Assembly (NCBI GenBank): GCA_046483495.1
Contig: JAWODC010000061.1
Location: 1-55,575 of the forward strand
DNA length: 55,575 nucleotides
Direction: 5' to 3'
From: Desulfobacterales bacterium
GTDB lineage: Bacteria > Desulfobacterota > Desulfobacteria > Desulfobacterales > UBA5616
Under the pieces are notes generated by a model. It was not told the DNA's origin and made no database searches. It was given only the letters and a program-made list of their open reading frames with translations. Every line of letters starts with the position of its first letter. The stretch's first letter is position 1. A program made the translations under genes and the position numbers. Shown in pieces: positions 30,545 to 40,132 of this stretch.

Positions 30545-31878
30545 AAGAAATCCGCTCCCCCCTGTTTCACACCAAAAAAACCGACCATCAGTTCATGTAT
30601 TACAAGGCCGACGGCATTTGCCGGGTCGAACCGGATGAAGCGCCGGAGCTTGATCACCATGCGTTTGGAATCGCCCTGTCTGATGCATTTTGTGAAAAAC
30701 CGTTTTGCCGGGAGTTCATCGGCCAAGCCGTTTCATTTTCCGAAGGAGGCCCGGTTTTTTGCGTTCTGTCGTTAAGGATGGATGGGAATACCCGAAATTC
30801 TCATCCGGAAGAAGCAATCGGACCTGCCCGTATTCTTCAGGAGGTGTGCAAAGAGGAGAAGGGGCTTTGGGGTGCAACCGGCTGGTTCCGGTTTGCCTGT
30901 CTGTTCCCGGAAAAAACCGGGACCGAGGGATTGTACATTGCCAATCGCATACAAAACAGACTTTCTCATGAGCTGTGCCGTACCGTGACCATCGGTGTCG
31001 CAGCCTACCCCCTCGCCGGCTTTACAAACGATCGAACCCTCGAAAACGCCGAAAAGGCATTAATGCATGCTGCTTTTTTCGGTCCGGACAGTGCAGTGGT
31101 TTTTGATGCCGTAAGCCTGAACATCAGTGGCGATGCCTTTTATCAGAATGGGAACCTGGCCGAGGCGGTTGCGGAATTTAAAGCGGCACTCGAAATCGAT
31201 CCAAACAATGTCAATGTTCATAACAGCCTGGGTGTCTGCCTTGGACAGATGGGAGACCTCGACGGCGCCCTTAACCACTTCAACAGGGCAAGGTCAATGG
31301 ACCCACAGGATTCGATGGTTTGGTACAATACCGGTTTAATTTACAAGTTTCAGAAGAATACCGAAAAAGCGCTCGAATTTTTTTTGAAGGCCGGTGAAAT
31401 TGACGAAAATCTGTTCGAAGCGGCATTCCAGGCAGGCAAGATTTATTTTGAAAAAAATCTTCCCGAAATCGGGAAACAATATTACCGGAAAGCCATCGAC
31501 CTGAAGCCGGGAAATAACCTGAACTATCGTTTTTTAGGGGAGTGTTACATGGAAATGGGCATGGTTGACGACGCCGTGGCCGCCTATAAAAAAGCGATAC
31601 TGGAACACCCGAACGATGCTGTGGCGCTGTCCACTTTGGGTACACTATACGCCGAAAAAGGCGAAAATCCTGAAATCGCCGTATTGTTCTGCCGGCAGAG
31701 CATCGAAATCGCTCCCGAAAATGCGCTTCTGCACCACCGGCTCGGTGAAGTGTATGAAAAACAGAGCATGCATGAAAATGCCTTGCTGTCGTTTAAAAAG
31801 GCCTTCGAACTTGGATACGATGCTTCAGTGGATATCGAGAGAATAGAAACCGTTATCAACGGAAGCGATATAAATTGA
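30541..31878 (+). CDS. TPR protein with degenerate GGDEF-like domain
   Basis: TVTIGVAAYP...AEKALMHAAFFG (GGDEF C-terminal pattern) with no GGDEF signature; multiple TPR repeats. Confidence 0.8.
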   Translation: MKEIRSPLFHTKKTDHQFMYYKADGICRVEPDEAPELDHHAFGIALSDAFCEKPFCREFIGQAVSFSEGGPVFCVLSLRMDGNTRNSHPEEAIGPARILQEVCKEEKGLWGATGWFRFACLFPEKTGTEGLYIANRIQNRLSHELCRTVTIGVAAYPLAGFTNDRTLENAEKALMHAAFFGPDSAVVFDAVSLNISGDAFYQNGNLAEAVAEFKAALEIDPNNVNVHNSLGVCLGQMGDLDGALNHFNRARSMDPQDSMVWYNTGLIYKFQKNTEKALEFFLKAGEIDENLFEAAFQAGKIYFEKNLPEIGKQYYRKAIDLKPGNNLNYRFLGECYMEMGMVDDAVAAYKKAILEHPNDAVALSTLGTLYAEKGENPEIAVLFCRQSIEIAPENALLHHRLGEVYEKQSMHENALLSFKKAFELGYDASVDIERIETVINGSDIN

Positions 31879-31903
31879 CAATACGGCCGGCATTGGATAG
31901 GCT
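31875..31903 (+). promoter_or_regulatory. sigma-70 promoter candidate for the fmdB-like/hemC'/cobA-hemD unit
   Basis: TTGACA-17 nt-TAGGCT. Confidence 0.5.
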
Positions 31904-31963
31904 CTGCCAATTTTATAATCTAATATGGATCGTGTAAAAAGAATGATTATTTTAAATTAGTTA

Positions 31964-32105
31964 GTGTCCATCCAGAAATAGGCAATTTCGCGTGAGTTCA
32001 AGGCGGACCCAGGATCGAAACCGCAGGAATAGTATACTATTTTGAGGATTTCGATCCTGGGTCCAACGCAGAAATCGCGTGAAAGGGCCATTTATGGATG
32101 GACAC
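31964..32105. mobile_element. 142-bp palindromic MITE/REP-like element
   Basis: Terminal IR GTGTCCATCCAGAAAT/ATTTATGGATGGACAC (1 mismatch); perfect 16-bp internal IR 32005-20/32049-64; central palindrome AATAGTATACTATT; flanking direct repeat TAGTTA. Confidence 0.8.
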
Positions 32106-32136
32106 TAGTTATAATTCCGATGGGAGAATAAAACAT

Positions 32137-32370
32137 ATGCCTATTTATGAATATCATTGTAATGATTGTCAGCACGATTTTGAATATCTTGTTTTCGGAA
32201 GCGACCAGCCGACGGAGTGTCCTGAATGCGCCGGAAAAAAAATTCAAAGGCTGATGAGCAAGTGCGGTTTTTTCAGCAAGGGGAGCGGTGGGGAAACCAT
32301 TAAATCCTCTGCTTCCAATTCCGGGTGCAGCGGCTGCGCCGCTAACAGTTGTGCAAGCTGCGGCCATTGA
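32137..32370 (+). CDS. FmdB-family zinc-ribbon protein
   Basis: MPIYEYHCNDC...CPEC, C-terminal CSGC...CASC; RBS GGGAG. Confidence 0.9.
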   Translation: MPIYEYHCNDCQHDFEYLVFGSDQPTECPECAGKKIQRLMSKCGFFSKGSGGETIKSSASNSGCSGCAANSCASCGH

Positions 32371-32569
32371 TGATTCGTATCGGCTCCCGGGTAAGCAGGC
32401 TCGCCCTGCGGCAGGTATCACCGGGATGGAAAGCTGATAATCAAGGACGATTATGCCGGTCCGAGAAGTAGCCCGGATTAGGTGGGTGATGCATTGGCCG
32501 AAAAGCTGTCGGCCGGGGGGGCCGATAAAATCATCGATAACCTTCAATGCGAAGGATCTGAAAAAAACA
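32370..32569 (+). pseudogene. hemC: internally deleted hydroxymethylbilane synthase remnant
   Basis: N-terminus MIRIGSRVSRLALRQ (cf. IRIGTRGSxLALxQ) joined out of frame to C-terminus DGKLIIKDDYAGP..*VGDALAEKLSAGGADKII; usual hemC position before cobA-hemD. Confidence 0.8.
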
Positions 32570-34108
32570 ATGGATGGCGGCAAAGTATACCTCGTAGGCG
32601 CGGGACCCGGAGACCCCGGCTTGATTACACAAAAAGGGTTGGAATGCATCTCCCGATCGGATGTGATTATCTATGATTTTCTGGCATCCCCGGTTTTGCT
32701 GAGATATGCCTCAAGCCATGCCGAGATCATATATGTCGGGAAAAGAGGCGGTGACCACACGCTTGCACAGGATCAAATCAATCATTTGATCATCGAAAAA
32801 GCCGGACGGGGTTTGACGGTCACCCGCCTGAAAGGGGGAGATCCATTCATTTTCGGTCGTGGCGGCGAGGAGGCCGAGGAATTGGCTGCAGCCGGCATTC
32901 CGTTTGAAGTCGTTCCCGGCGTTACGTCTGCAATTGCCGCGCCCGCTTACGCAGGCATCCCCCTAACTCACCGGAATTTTACATCTACTCTGGCATTTAT
33001 CACAGGCCACGAAGACCCCGCCAAGGGAGAGTCCGGCATTGACTGGCATACACTGGCAACCGGCATTGGAACCCTCGTTTTTTTGATGGGCGTAAAAAAC
33101 CTGCCCCGCATCATCGGGCGGCTGAAGGAAAACGGAATGGACCCGAATACTTCCGTTGCCCTGATTCAATGGGGAACCACGCCGCAGCAAAGAACGGTTT
33201 CCGGTACCCTGAAAACCATTGTCGGTGATGTCGAAAAGGCCGGTCTCAAGGCGCCGGCCATCATCGTGGTGGGACGGGTGGTTACCCTTAGGGATCGGCT
33301 GAAGTGGGTTGAAAAGAAGCCTCTTTTAGGCAAGCGGATCATTGTAACCCGGGCGCGGGAGCAGGCAAGCCGATTGGTTCAAAATCTATCCGATCTCGGA
33401 GCCCGGTGCATCGAGTTCCCCACGATCCGGATAATGCCCCCCCAATCCTGGGATCCCCTGGATAATGCCATCGACGGCTTGAATGAATATCACTGGATCA
33501 TCTTTACCAGCGTCAACGGGGTTCGATTCTTTTTTGAACGTCTTTTTATGAATAACCGTGATGTCCGTTCCCTGGGTCATGTCAAAACAGCCTGCATCGG
33601 CCCGGCCACTGCGGCTGAACTGTTTACATTCGGCATTCGGACCGATGTGCTCCCGGATAGCTACCGCGCTGAATCCGTAGTGGATGCATTTCGAGACATT
33701 GATATTCGAAACCGTAAAATCCTGCTCCCCCGGGCTGAAAATGCCCGCCCGGTGCTTCCGAAGGAGTTGAGAAAAATGGGGGCCGCCGTAGACGAGATTA
33801 CCGCCTATACGACGCAAACGGTCGCCGAAGAAAGCGGCTTCGATCAGGATGCTTCTCTGCTTGAAACACTGGCGGAAAAAGGGGCCGATGTCATCACCTT
33901 CACCAGTTCATCAACGGTCACCAATTTCAAAGCCATGCTGCCGGAGAAAGATTTTGCCGCACTTATGCAAGGCCTTACCGTTGCATGTATTGGTCCCATT
34001 ACTGCCGAAACCGCCGAAAAGCTCGGATTTCATGTCAACATTATTGCCGACCGTTATACGATCGACGGATTGTGCGACGCCATTATCGCGTATTTCCGAC
34101 ACACGTAA
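32570..34108 (+). CDS. cobA: uroporphyrinogen-III C-methyltransferase / uroporphyrinogen-III synthase fusion (CobA-HemD)
   Basis: [31 protein letters not shown]; HemD half [16 protein letters not shown] and FTSSSTV. Confidence 0.95.
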   Translation: MDGGKVYLVGAGPGDPGLITQKGLECISRSDVIIYDFLASPVLLRYASSHAEIIYVGKRGGDHTLAQDQINHLIIEKAGRGLTVTRLKGGDPFIFGRGGEEAEELAAAGIPFEVVPGVTSAIAAPAYAGIPLTHRNFTSTLAFITGHEDPAKGESGIDWHTLATGIGTLVFLMGVKNLPRIIGRLKENGMDPNTSVALIQWGTTPQQRTVSGTLKTIVGDVEKAGLKAPAIIVVGRVVTLRDRLKWVEKKPLLGKRIIVTRAREQASRLVQNLSDLGARCIEFPTIRIMPPQSWDPLDNAIDGLNEYHWIIFTSVNGVRFFFERLFMNNRDVRSLGHVKTACIGPATAAELFTFGIRTDVLPDSYRAESVVDAFRDIDIRNRKILLPRAENARPVLPKELRKMGAAVDEITAYTTQTVAEESGFDQDASLLETLAEKGADVITFTSSSTVTNFKAMLPEKDFAALMQGLTVACIGPITAETAEKLGFHVNIIADRYTIDGLCDAIIAYFRHT

Positions 34109-34183
34109 ACGCGGAAGCTATTTTTATCGCCCATCCGACGGCTCATTCGAAAACCGATCCGCCATATTGTGATCAGCGGTAGG

Positions 34184-34789
34184 CTATCGGCCCCGGGAGT
34201 TTTGGGCATGCCTTTCGAATAATTCGGTAGACTCCAGTAAAATACCGCAAGCCAGGCAGACGATATTACCGTTGACCGTATTCCGAAAGCGGGTGATCAG
34301 GGATCTGTCGACCACCCAGACCATCCGCCCCCCTTTCCTCATGATTTGGTAGCAGCCCTCCCAACTTCTGTTTTCCAAAAAGCCGCCGACCCGCTTTTTT
34401 CTGGCTTCCGAAACGGGATTTACGTTTTCTTCGACTCCGGCGATATCCCGGTTAAACTGTAAAATGTCACCCCTGACGATGTTTTTATAACCGATTTCAA
34501 CCAGCTCTTGCGGGGTATAGCCGCTGATGGATTCAATGCTCGGGCTCATGTAAGCATGGGCGATTTCCGCGGCGCCATCTTCCCAAACCGTTACATAAGA
34601 AACCATGGGCATATCATTGACCATTTCATTGAACATCATCACGGCGATGCGTTCGCGTATTTCTTCTGATATTTCATCGTCCATTTCTAATTTCAGGGCC
34701 GTGATACAGTGATCGATTTGGGGGTGGCACAGTCGTATCAGGTCCTTCCGGATGTTCTGCATATGTGCCAAACGTATGTGGTTGTCCAT
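34184..34789 (-). CDS. stand-alone PAS-fold protein
   Basis: YMSPSIESISGYTPQEL and YQIMRKGGRMVWVVDRS (PAS/PAC-like); RBS AAGGAGG; no output domain. Confidence 0.7.
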   Translation of the reverse strand: MDNHIRLAHMQNIRKDLIRLCHPQIDHCITALKLEMDDEISEEIRERIAVMMFNEMVNDMPMVSYVTVWEDGAAEIAHAYMSPSIESISGYTPQELVEIGYKNIVRGDILQFNRDIAGVEENVNPVSEARKKRVGGFLENRSWEGCYQIMRKGGRMVWVVDRSLITRFRNTVNGNIVCLACGILLESTELFERHAQNSRGR

Positions 34790-34920
34790 GGCGCCTCCTT
34801 TTGGTTTTATGCGGTCGATGTGAAGAGCCGCAGCTGAACATCCTTGGCATCAGCGGATTTTCCGGGTGCTTTCTCACGGCTGCGCTCATGCGAAAGCTTA
34901 AACCGGAGGGAAGAAGAAAG

Positions 34921-35018
34921 CATCAGCTGCAGCCCCGCCGCCATCCTCCGTTTATCCGAAGGTAAGGCCGGTCGGCTTTGCGTCCCGCCCTTTCGAACGG
35001 TTTGCCCTCGCTGCGTGA
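34921..35018 (-). ncRNA. cyclic di-GMP-I (GEMM-I) riboswitch
   Basis: Minus strand reads GAGGGCAAACCGTTCGAAAGGGCGGGACGCAAAGCCGACCGGCCTTACC...GGCGGCGGGGCTGC, matching the GEMM-I core; about 130 nt upstream of the PAS gene. Confidence 0.9.
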
Positions 35019-35269
35019 TATGTAATCGGTCGGGGGCCAAAAGTCAAATCCCATCACGTGCAATAAACGGCAACGGCGTATCCGGTCCGGTTTCGGCTCG
35101 CAAAATGCCGATGCTTTTTCCGAATGGAAACGGGACTGAATTCTCGGGTATGGCACGACTCGCGAGGATACCGTTAGCGATGCTGAAAATACGACGTTTA
35201 CCCCATATCTGCATCATGCGCATTATCTTAGAGTGATCCTTAAGTAAACGAAAAAACAGGAGGATCATT

Positions 35270-35578
35270 ATGAAAGGGGCGCTTGTTGCCGCTGCCTCCA
35301 TTTTCATTCTCATCACGGCCGGTGCATCGGCGCATGCGATGGACAACTGGCGATGTGGAAATCTACTGTTGGATGAAGGGACCCATTCGTTTCTTGTAGA
35401 ACGCGATTGCGGAAGGCCATATTTGAAGAAACGCGTTGGATGTACAGGCGGCTGTTTTGAGGACGACAGCCATTTCATTATCGAAAAATGGGTATATGGA
35501 CCTTACAGCGGGTATTTCTATATCCTGTATTTTATCGGCGGGGAACTCGACCGGCTGGAATCAGTCCGTGCCGACTGA
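35270..35578 (+). CDS. secreted DUF2845-like protein
   Basis: Signal peptide, WRCGN, CGRP, EKWVYGP and LYFIGGEL. Confidence 0.75.
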   Translation: MKGALVAAASIFILITAGASAHAMDNWRCGNLLLDEGTHSFLVERDCGRPYLKKRVGCTGGCFEDDSHFIIEKWVYGPYSGYFYILYFIGGELDRLESVRAD

Positions 35579-35694
35579 GATCCATTTTACCGAGGAAGGC
35601 CCGGTCGTGGTGAACGGCAGATCATCTGCCTGCGCCCGCCATTGCGTGCGTGCAGAAAACGTCGAAACGGTCGCCCCTTACCGGATGCCGGCGC

Positions 35695-36900
35695 TTACAG
35701 ACCCAGAACCGCTGCTATAGATCCTCGGTGTTTTTCAAGTTTCTCTTCATCGAGCTCGATGCCGATGCCCGGACGGTCCGGCACCACCAGGTACCCGTCT
35801 TCCCATTCGAAGGGCTCCTTGACGATTTCATCGAAAAAGCCGCCGGACTTGTAAATGCTTTCCTGAATCAAAAAATTGGGGATATTGGCGTCGATCTGAA
35901 GTGCCGCAGCGGTGATCACGGGGCCGCCCCAGACATGGGGGGCCATAAGAACGTAGTGGGCCTCGGCCAGTGTTGCGATCTGCTTACCGGCCGTAATCCC
36001 GCCGCAGCTTCCTAAATCGGGCTGGGCGATGGCACAGGCCCCTTCCTCGAAGAGCTTTTGAAAATCATGGATGGTGACGAGGCGTTCGCCTGTAGCAATG
36101 GGAATGGATGTGCTTCGGGCGATTTTGGCCATTTCTTTGACGTTTTCCGGCGGGCAGGGTTCTTCCAACCATAGCGGGTCATAGGGTTCAACCCGCCTGG
36201 CAAGCCGCCGCGATACCGCCGGTGTCATTTGCCCATGAGTGCCGATGCAGATGTCGGCACGGTTTCCGACGGCCTCTCGAATGCTCCGAATGGCTTCTTC
36301 GGCGAAATCGTACTCTGCCATGGTAATCTCCCAGGGCGCCAGCGGAAAAGTCCCCGGCAACGCCTGATGCAACGGATCGATCTTGATGCCGGTAAACCCT
36401 TCGTCCACCCGCCTTGCGGCGATTTCAGCCAGTTTCACCGGGTTCTTGGTCCAATCCTCGGTCGCGTCCAGCAGGCTGCCCTCCAAATCCAGATTAAACA
36501 GGTAAGTATACGTTCTGACGGTTTCACGGCATTTGCCGCCCAATAGGTTGTATACGGGTGTGTCGTAGTATTTGCCGCAGATGTCCCATAACGCGATATC
36601 GAAGGCGCTGATCAACCCAACGGTAATATAGTCCGGATGCTGGGCGGTAAGGCTGTTATACAGCATTTTGTTCAGCGGCTCACGGTCAATGGGGTTTTTG
36701 CCTTTCAAGTAGATGTCAAATATGTTTTGAATCATCTTTTCATATCCCTGCTCCAGACCATAAAGGCTGAAAAGAACGGCGGTTTCCCCCCATCCGGAAA
36801 TCCCTTCGTCGGTCTCCAGTTTTAGAAAAAACCAGATGAATCCACCCAGATTCGGGGGCTTCGTTTGAACTGCATAGGGCTTTACACCGGTAAGTTTCAT
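35695..36900 (-). CDS. mandelate racemase/muconate lactonizing (galactonate dehydratase-like) enolase-superfamily enzyme
   Basis: ETDEGISGWGE, DIALWDICGK, YNLLGG, WLEEP, IATGER and QPD. Confidence 0.9.
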   Translation of the reverse strand: MKLTGVKPYAVQTKPPNLGGFIWFFLKLETDEGISGWGETAVLFSLYGLEQGYEKMIQNIFDIYLKGKNPIDREPLNKMLYNSLTAQHPDYITVGLISAFDIALWDICGKYYDTPVYNLLGGKCRETVRTYTYLFNLDLEGSLLDATEDWTKNPVKLAEIAARRVDEGFTGIKIDPLHQALPGTFPLAPWEITMAEYDFAEEAIRSIREAVGNRADICIGTHGQMTPAVSRRLARRVEPYDPLWLEEPCPPENVKEMAKIARSTSIPIATGERLVTIHDFQKLFEEGACAIAQPDLGSCGGITAGKQIATLAEAHYVLMAPHVWGGPVITAAALQIDANIPNFLIQESIYKSGGFFDEIVKEPFEWEDGYLVVPDRPGIGIELDEEKLEKHRGSIAAVLGL

Positions 36901-37095
36901 GGGAATTCCTCCTGATGTGTTTATGGGGTTTCGCGTCCGAAAAGATGCATTTGCTCTTAAATTTCTGAACAGGCCGCACCATTTTGTCAAGAAATAATTA
37001 TAAGATGTTTTGGTTTCTCCGAGATTTATTGTGTTTTATTGCTATTTTTGTTACAATATTTATTCATATAAGGAGAAGATCCATACCCTCTGGTC

Positions 37096-37959
37096 ATGAA
37101 AATGATCGACTTCCATAACTCGCTTCCCCGTGACCGGGCGGAATTGTATGGGTTGGTTCTGGCTTCAGCGGGAATCGAGTACCGGGTAAAAAAAGGCCCA
37201 TCCGGATGGCGTGTTCGGGTGGATGCCGAAAATCTTACCAGGGCAATAGATGCCCTCGATGCCTATTTTGAAGAAAATCCCGGTCATGGCACTGCGGAAG
37301 AAAAGGCGCCTTCGGTGAAATTGAACGCCTCTTCCGGATTAATTACGGCTCTGGTTTTATTGGTTTTTTACCTGGCTGTAGGAGAAGACAGGCCGATCTT
37401 TTTCAACGCGTTCGGGTCTTCAGCATCGGCTGTTTTGGATGGGGAGATTTATCGAACCGTCACTTCTTTACTGCTTCACGTAGACGCCGTGCACCTGTTG
37501 GGGAATATGGCGGGAATCGCTCTTTTCGGTTCGGTCATCGGATCACTGCGCGGAATGGGGATCGGGTGGCTGATGATACTTTTATCCGGCGCTCTGGGCA
37601 ATCTGGCGAACGCGTGGCTTCATCAAACAGACCATTTGGCCGTGGGGGCGTCCACGGCGGTTTTCGGGGCCGTCGGCATGCTGTCCGCCTATCAATTCTG
37701 GAACAAGATAACGATTCCCGGCCGACGTCTGAAAGCCTGGCTGCCTATCGCCGGGGGATTGGCCCTTCTGGGAATTTTTGGCTCAGGGGGCGGCCGCGTC
37801 GATCTGCTTGCCCATTTTTTTGGATTTTTAGCCGGAATTATTCTGGAAACGGGATATCGTTTCGGCATAAGACGCCAACCGTCGATCATGATTCAGTGGG
37901 CAAGCCTGATCATTTTGATCGGTATCGTCTCGATTTCCTGGTATGCGGGGACGGTGTAG
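37096..37959 (+). CDS. rhomboid intramembrane serine protease
   Basis: HLLGNM, GAS catalytic Ser and AHFFG. Confidence 0.9.
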   Translation: MKMIDFHNSLPRDRAELYGLVLASAGIEYRVKKGPSGWRVRVDAENLTRAIDALDAYFEENPGHGTAEEKAPSVKLNASSGLITALVLLVFYLAVGEDRPIFFNAFGSSASAVLDGEIYRTVTSLLLHVDAVHLLGNMAGIALFGSVIGSLRGMGIGWLMILLSGALGNLANAWLHQTDHLAVGASTAVFGAVGMLSAYQFWNKITIPGRRLKAWLPIAGGLALLGIFGSGGGRVDLLAHFFGFLAGIILETGYRFGIRRQPSIMIQWASLIILIGIVSISWYAGTV

Positions 37960-38044
37960 GGAAACATTTCGAATTTCGTGTCGAATTTAACCATTTGATT
38001 CAATCATCGGAAGAACCTTGGAAAAAGGTTAAGGAGGATCGTTC

Positions 38045-38848
38045 ATGGCGGATCTCGTAAAAATTTCAGTGGACAATCACGTGGCCGATGTCCGGTTGAA
38101 TCGTCCTGAAAAGTACAATGCCCTTAGCGGTGAAATGTTCGAGGCTATCGGTGAGGCCATTACGACCCTTTCCAAAAACCCGTCCGTAAGGGCTGTTGTT
38201 TTGTCGGGTGAAGGCAAGGGGTTTTGCGCCGGACTGGACTTCGATCGTTTTCAAGAAATGGAGGGTGGGGCTTTCGGGGAAAGCGCCATAACCGACCGGA
38301 TGGAAGGCAATATCGTCAATTCCGGTCAATTTATCGCCTACGGATGGAAGCAACTGCCCGTTCCGGTGATTGCCGCAGTGCACGGTGTTGCCTTTGGGGG
38401 TGGATGCCAGATCGCCCTGGGGGCCGATATTCGACTCGCCGCACCGGATGCCAAATTTTCGATTATGGAAATGAAATGGGGGCTGATACCGGACATGTCC
38501 GGCTCCCAGACGCTGAGGGATCTGGTGCGCATCGATGTGGCGAAGGAACTGGTGTATACAGGCAAAATTATCAGCGGTGAAGAGGCCGCAGACTTGGGAC
38601 TCGTGACACGCGTATGCGAGAATCCGCTTGCCGAAGCATTGAAGTTGGCCGAAGCAATCGCCGGCAAAAATCCTCACGCCGTTAGATCCGCCAAAAAGTT
38701 GTTCAATGAGTGCTGGCATGGTGATGCATCCAAAGGTTTGCTGATGGAATCACAACTCGAAGGAAAACTGATCAGCTCTCCCAACCAGGTTGAAGCCGTA
38801 AAGGCCAATTTCGAAAACCGGCAACCTCGATTCAACGATCCGGATTAA
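38045..38848 (+). CDS. enoyl-CoA hydratase/crotonase family protein
   Basis: LNRPEKYNAL, FCAGLD, AFGGG and WGLIPD. Confidence 0.92.
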   Translation: MADLVKISVDNHVADVRLNRPEKYNALSGEMFEAIGEAITTLSKNPSVRAVVLSGEGKGFCAGLDFDRFQEMEGGAFGESAITDRMEGNIVNSGQFIAYGWKQLPVPVIAAVHGVAFGGGCQIALGADIRLAAPDAKFSIMEMKWGLIPDMSGSQTLRDLVRIDVAKELVYTGKIISGEEAADLGLVTRVCENPLAEALKLAEAIAGKNPHAVRSAKKLFNECWHGDASKGLLMESQLEGKLISSPNQVEAVKANFENRQPRFNDPD

Positions 38849-38963
38849 ACGGCGGGGGTTTGGAACTGATTTTCGTATGGATCGGCAATTCCTGTGTTTA
38901 TATCCGCACCGCACCAGTGGTGGAGAATGCATAACCTCAACATTTTGAGAAGGAGGTGTCGTC

Positions 38964-40061
38964 ATGAAGATAAAAGCAGCTGTATCACCCCAAACTGGAA
39001 AACCCTTTGAAATTCAGGAAGTCGATTTGGAAGAACCCCGCCCAAATGAAGTGCTGGTAAGGATTGTCGGGACCGGGTTGTGCCATACGGACTTGCTGTT
39101 CAAGGACCACATGCCGATACCCCTGCCTGCCGTCTGGGGGCATGAAGGGGCCGGCATCGTCGAAAAAACGGGCGAGGCCGTGACATCCGTAAAGCCGGGG
39201 GACCCGGTCGCAATAAGCTACAATTCCTGCGGCAAATGCAACAACTGCATGTGCGGGATGCCATATTACTGCTTGAATTTTATCGGCCTGAACTACAGCG
39301 GAGCACGACTGGACGGCACCATGCCCATCTCCAAGGACGGATCGCCTGTTTTTGGAATGTTTTTCGGTCAGTCTTCTTTCGCCGAATTTTCATTGACCAC
39401 GGAACGCAACATCGTCAAAGCTCCGCCGGATGTGCCGGTTGAATTGCTCGGCCCTTTAGGATGCGGAGTGCAAACCGGCGCGGGAACAGTCCTCAATGCA
39501 TTGAGGGTTCAAGCGGGTTCCTCCATAGCCGTTTTCGGGACGGGTGCAGTAGGTCTCAGTGCCGTGATGATGGCCCGGGCGGTTGGATGCACCTGCATCA
39601 TCGGTGTTGACATTAAAGAGGAGCGGCTTAAGGCCGCACAGGAATTGGGCGCCACGCATGTGATCAACCCGAAAGAAAAAAATCCGGTAGAACAGATTCA
39701 GGCCATAACGGGAATGGGGGTGGATTACAGCATTGAGACCACGGCTGTTCCCTCGGTGTACCGGCAGGCGCTGGAGTCCCTTAATATGACGGGTGAATGC
39801 GTCCTTTTGGGGGCGCCTCCGCTTGGTACGGAAGTTACCTTTGACATGCAGTCCTTTCTCACTGGGAAGAAAACAAGGGGCGTCATCGAAGGCGACAGCA
39901 TTCCCCAGATTATTATTCCGCAACTGCTCGATCTCTACAAACAGGGGAAATTCCCATTCGACAAGATGATTACATACTATGATGCCAAGGATATCAACCA
40001 GGCCGTTGAGGATTCGGAAAAAGGGGTTGCCATCAAGCCGGTGATCCGGTTCGATCATTAG
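38964..40061 (+). CDS. Zn-dependent aryl/benzyl-alcohol dehydrogenase-like
   Basis: CHTD, GHEGAG, CGKCNNC...C, FFGQSSFA and LGCGVQTGAG. Confidence 0.9.
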   Translation: MKIKAAVSPQTGKPFEIQEVDLEEPRPNEVLVRIVGTGLCHTDLLFKDHMPIPLPAVWGHEGAGIVEKTGEAVTSVKPGDPVAISYNSCGKCNNCMCGMPYYCLNFIGLNYSGARLDGTMPISKDGSPVFGMFFGQSSFAEFSLTTERNIVKAPPDVPVELLGPLGCGVQTGAGTVLNALRVQAGSSIAVFGTGAVGLSAVMMARAVGCTCIIGVDIKEERLKAAQELGATHVINPKEKNPVEQIQAITGMGVDYSIETTAVPSVYRQALESLNMTGECVLLGAPPLGTEVTFDMQSFLTGKKTRGVIEGDSIPQIIIPQLLDLYKQGKFPFDKMITYYDAKDINQAVEDSEKGVAIKPVIRFDH

Positions 40062-40072
40062 CCGTTTTTACG

Positions 40073-40127
40073 GCCCGGGGCGGGCGTTTGCCGATTCAAC
40101 AGGTGGTGAATCGGCAGAACCCCGGGC
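40073..40127. terminator. long hairpin between convergent genes
   Basis: GCCCGGGG...TGCCGATTCA-ACAGGTGG-TGAATCGGCA...CCCCGGGC. Confidence 0.55.
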
Positions 40128-40132
40128 TGAAC

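Noticed and set aside
32098..32136. N-terminal extension of the FmdB-like protein
   Set aside because: Starts inside the repeat element; the family begins at MPIYEY.
32368..32370. TGA ending the FmdB-like gene read as possible Sec
   Set aside because: The protein already ends in its normal Cys-rich tail, and the TGA overlaps the hemC remnant start.
32453..32569. N-terminal extension of CobA-HemD
   Set aside because: Off-frame reading of the hemC remnant.
35151..35165. TGGCACG as a sigma-54 promoter for the DUF2845-like gene
   Set aside because: No GC at the -12 position.
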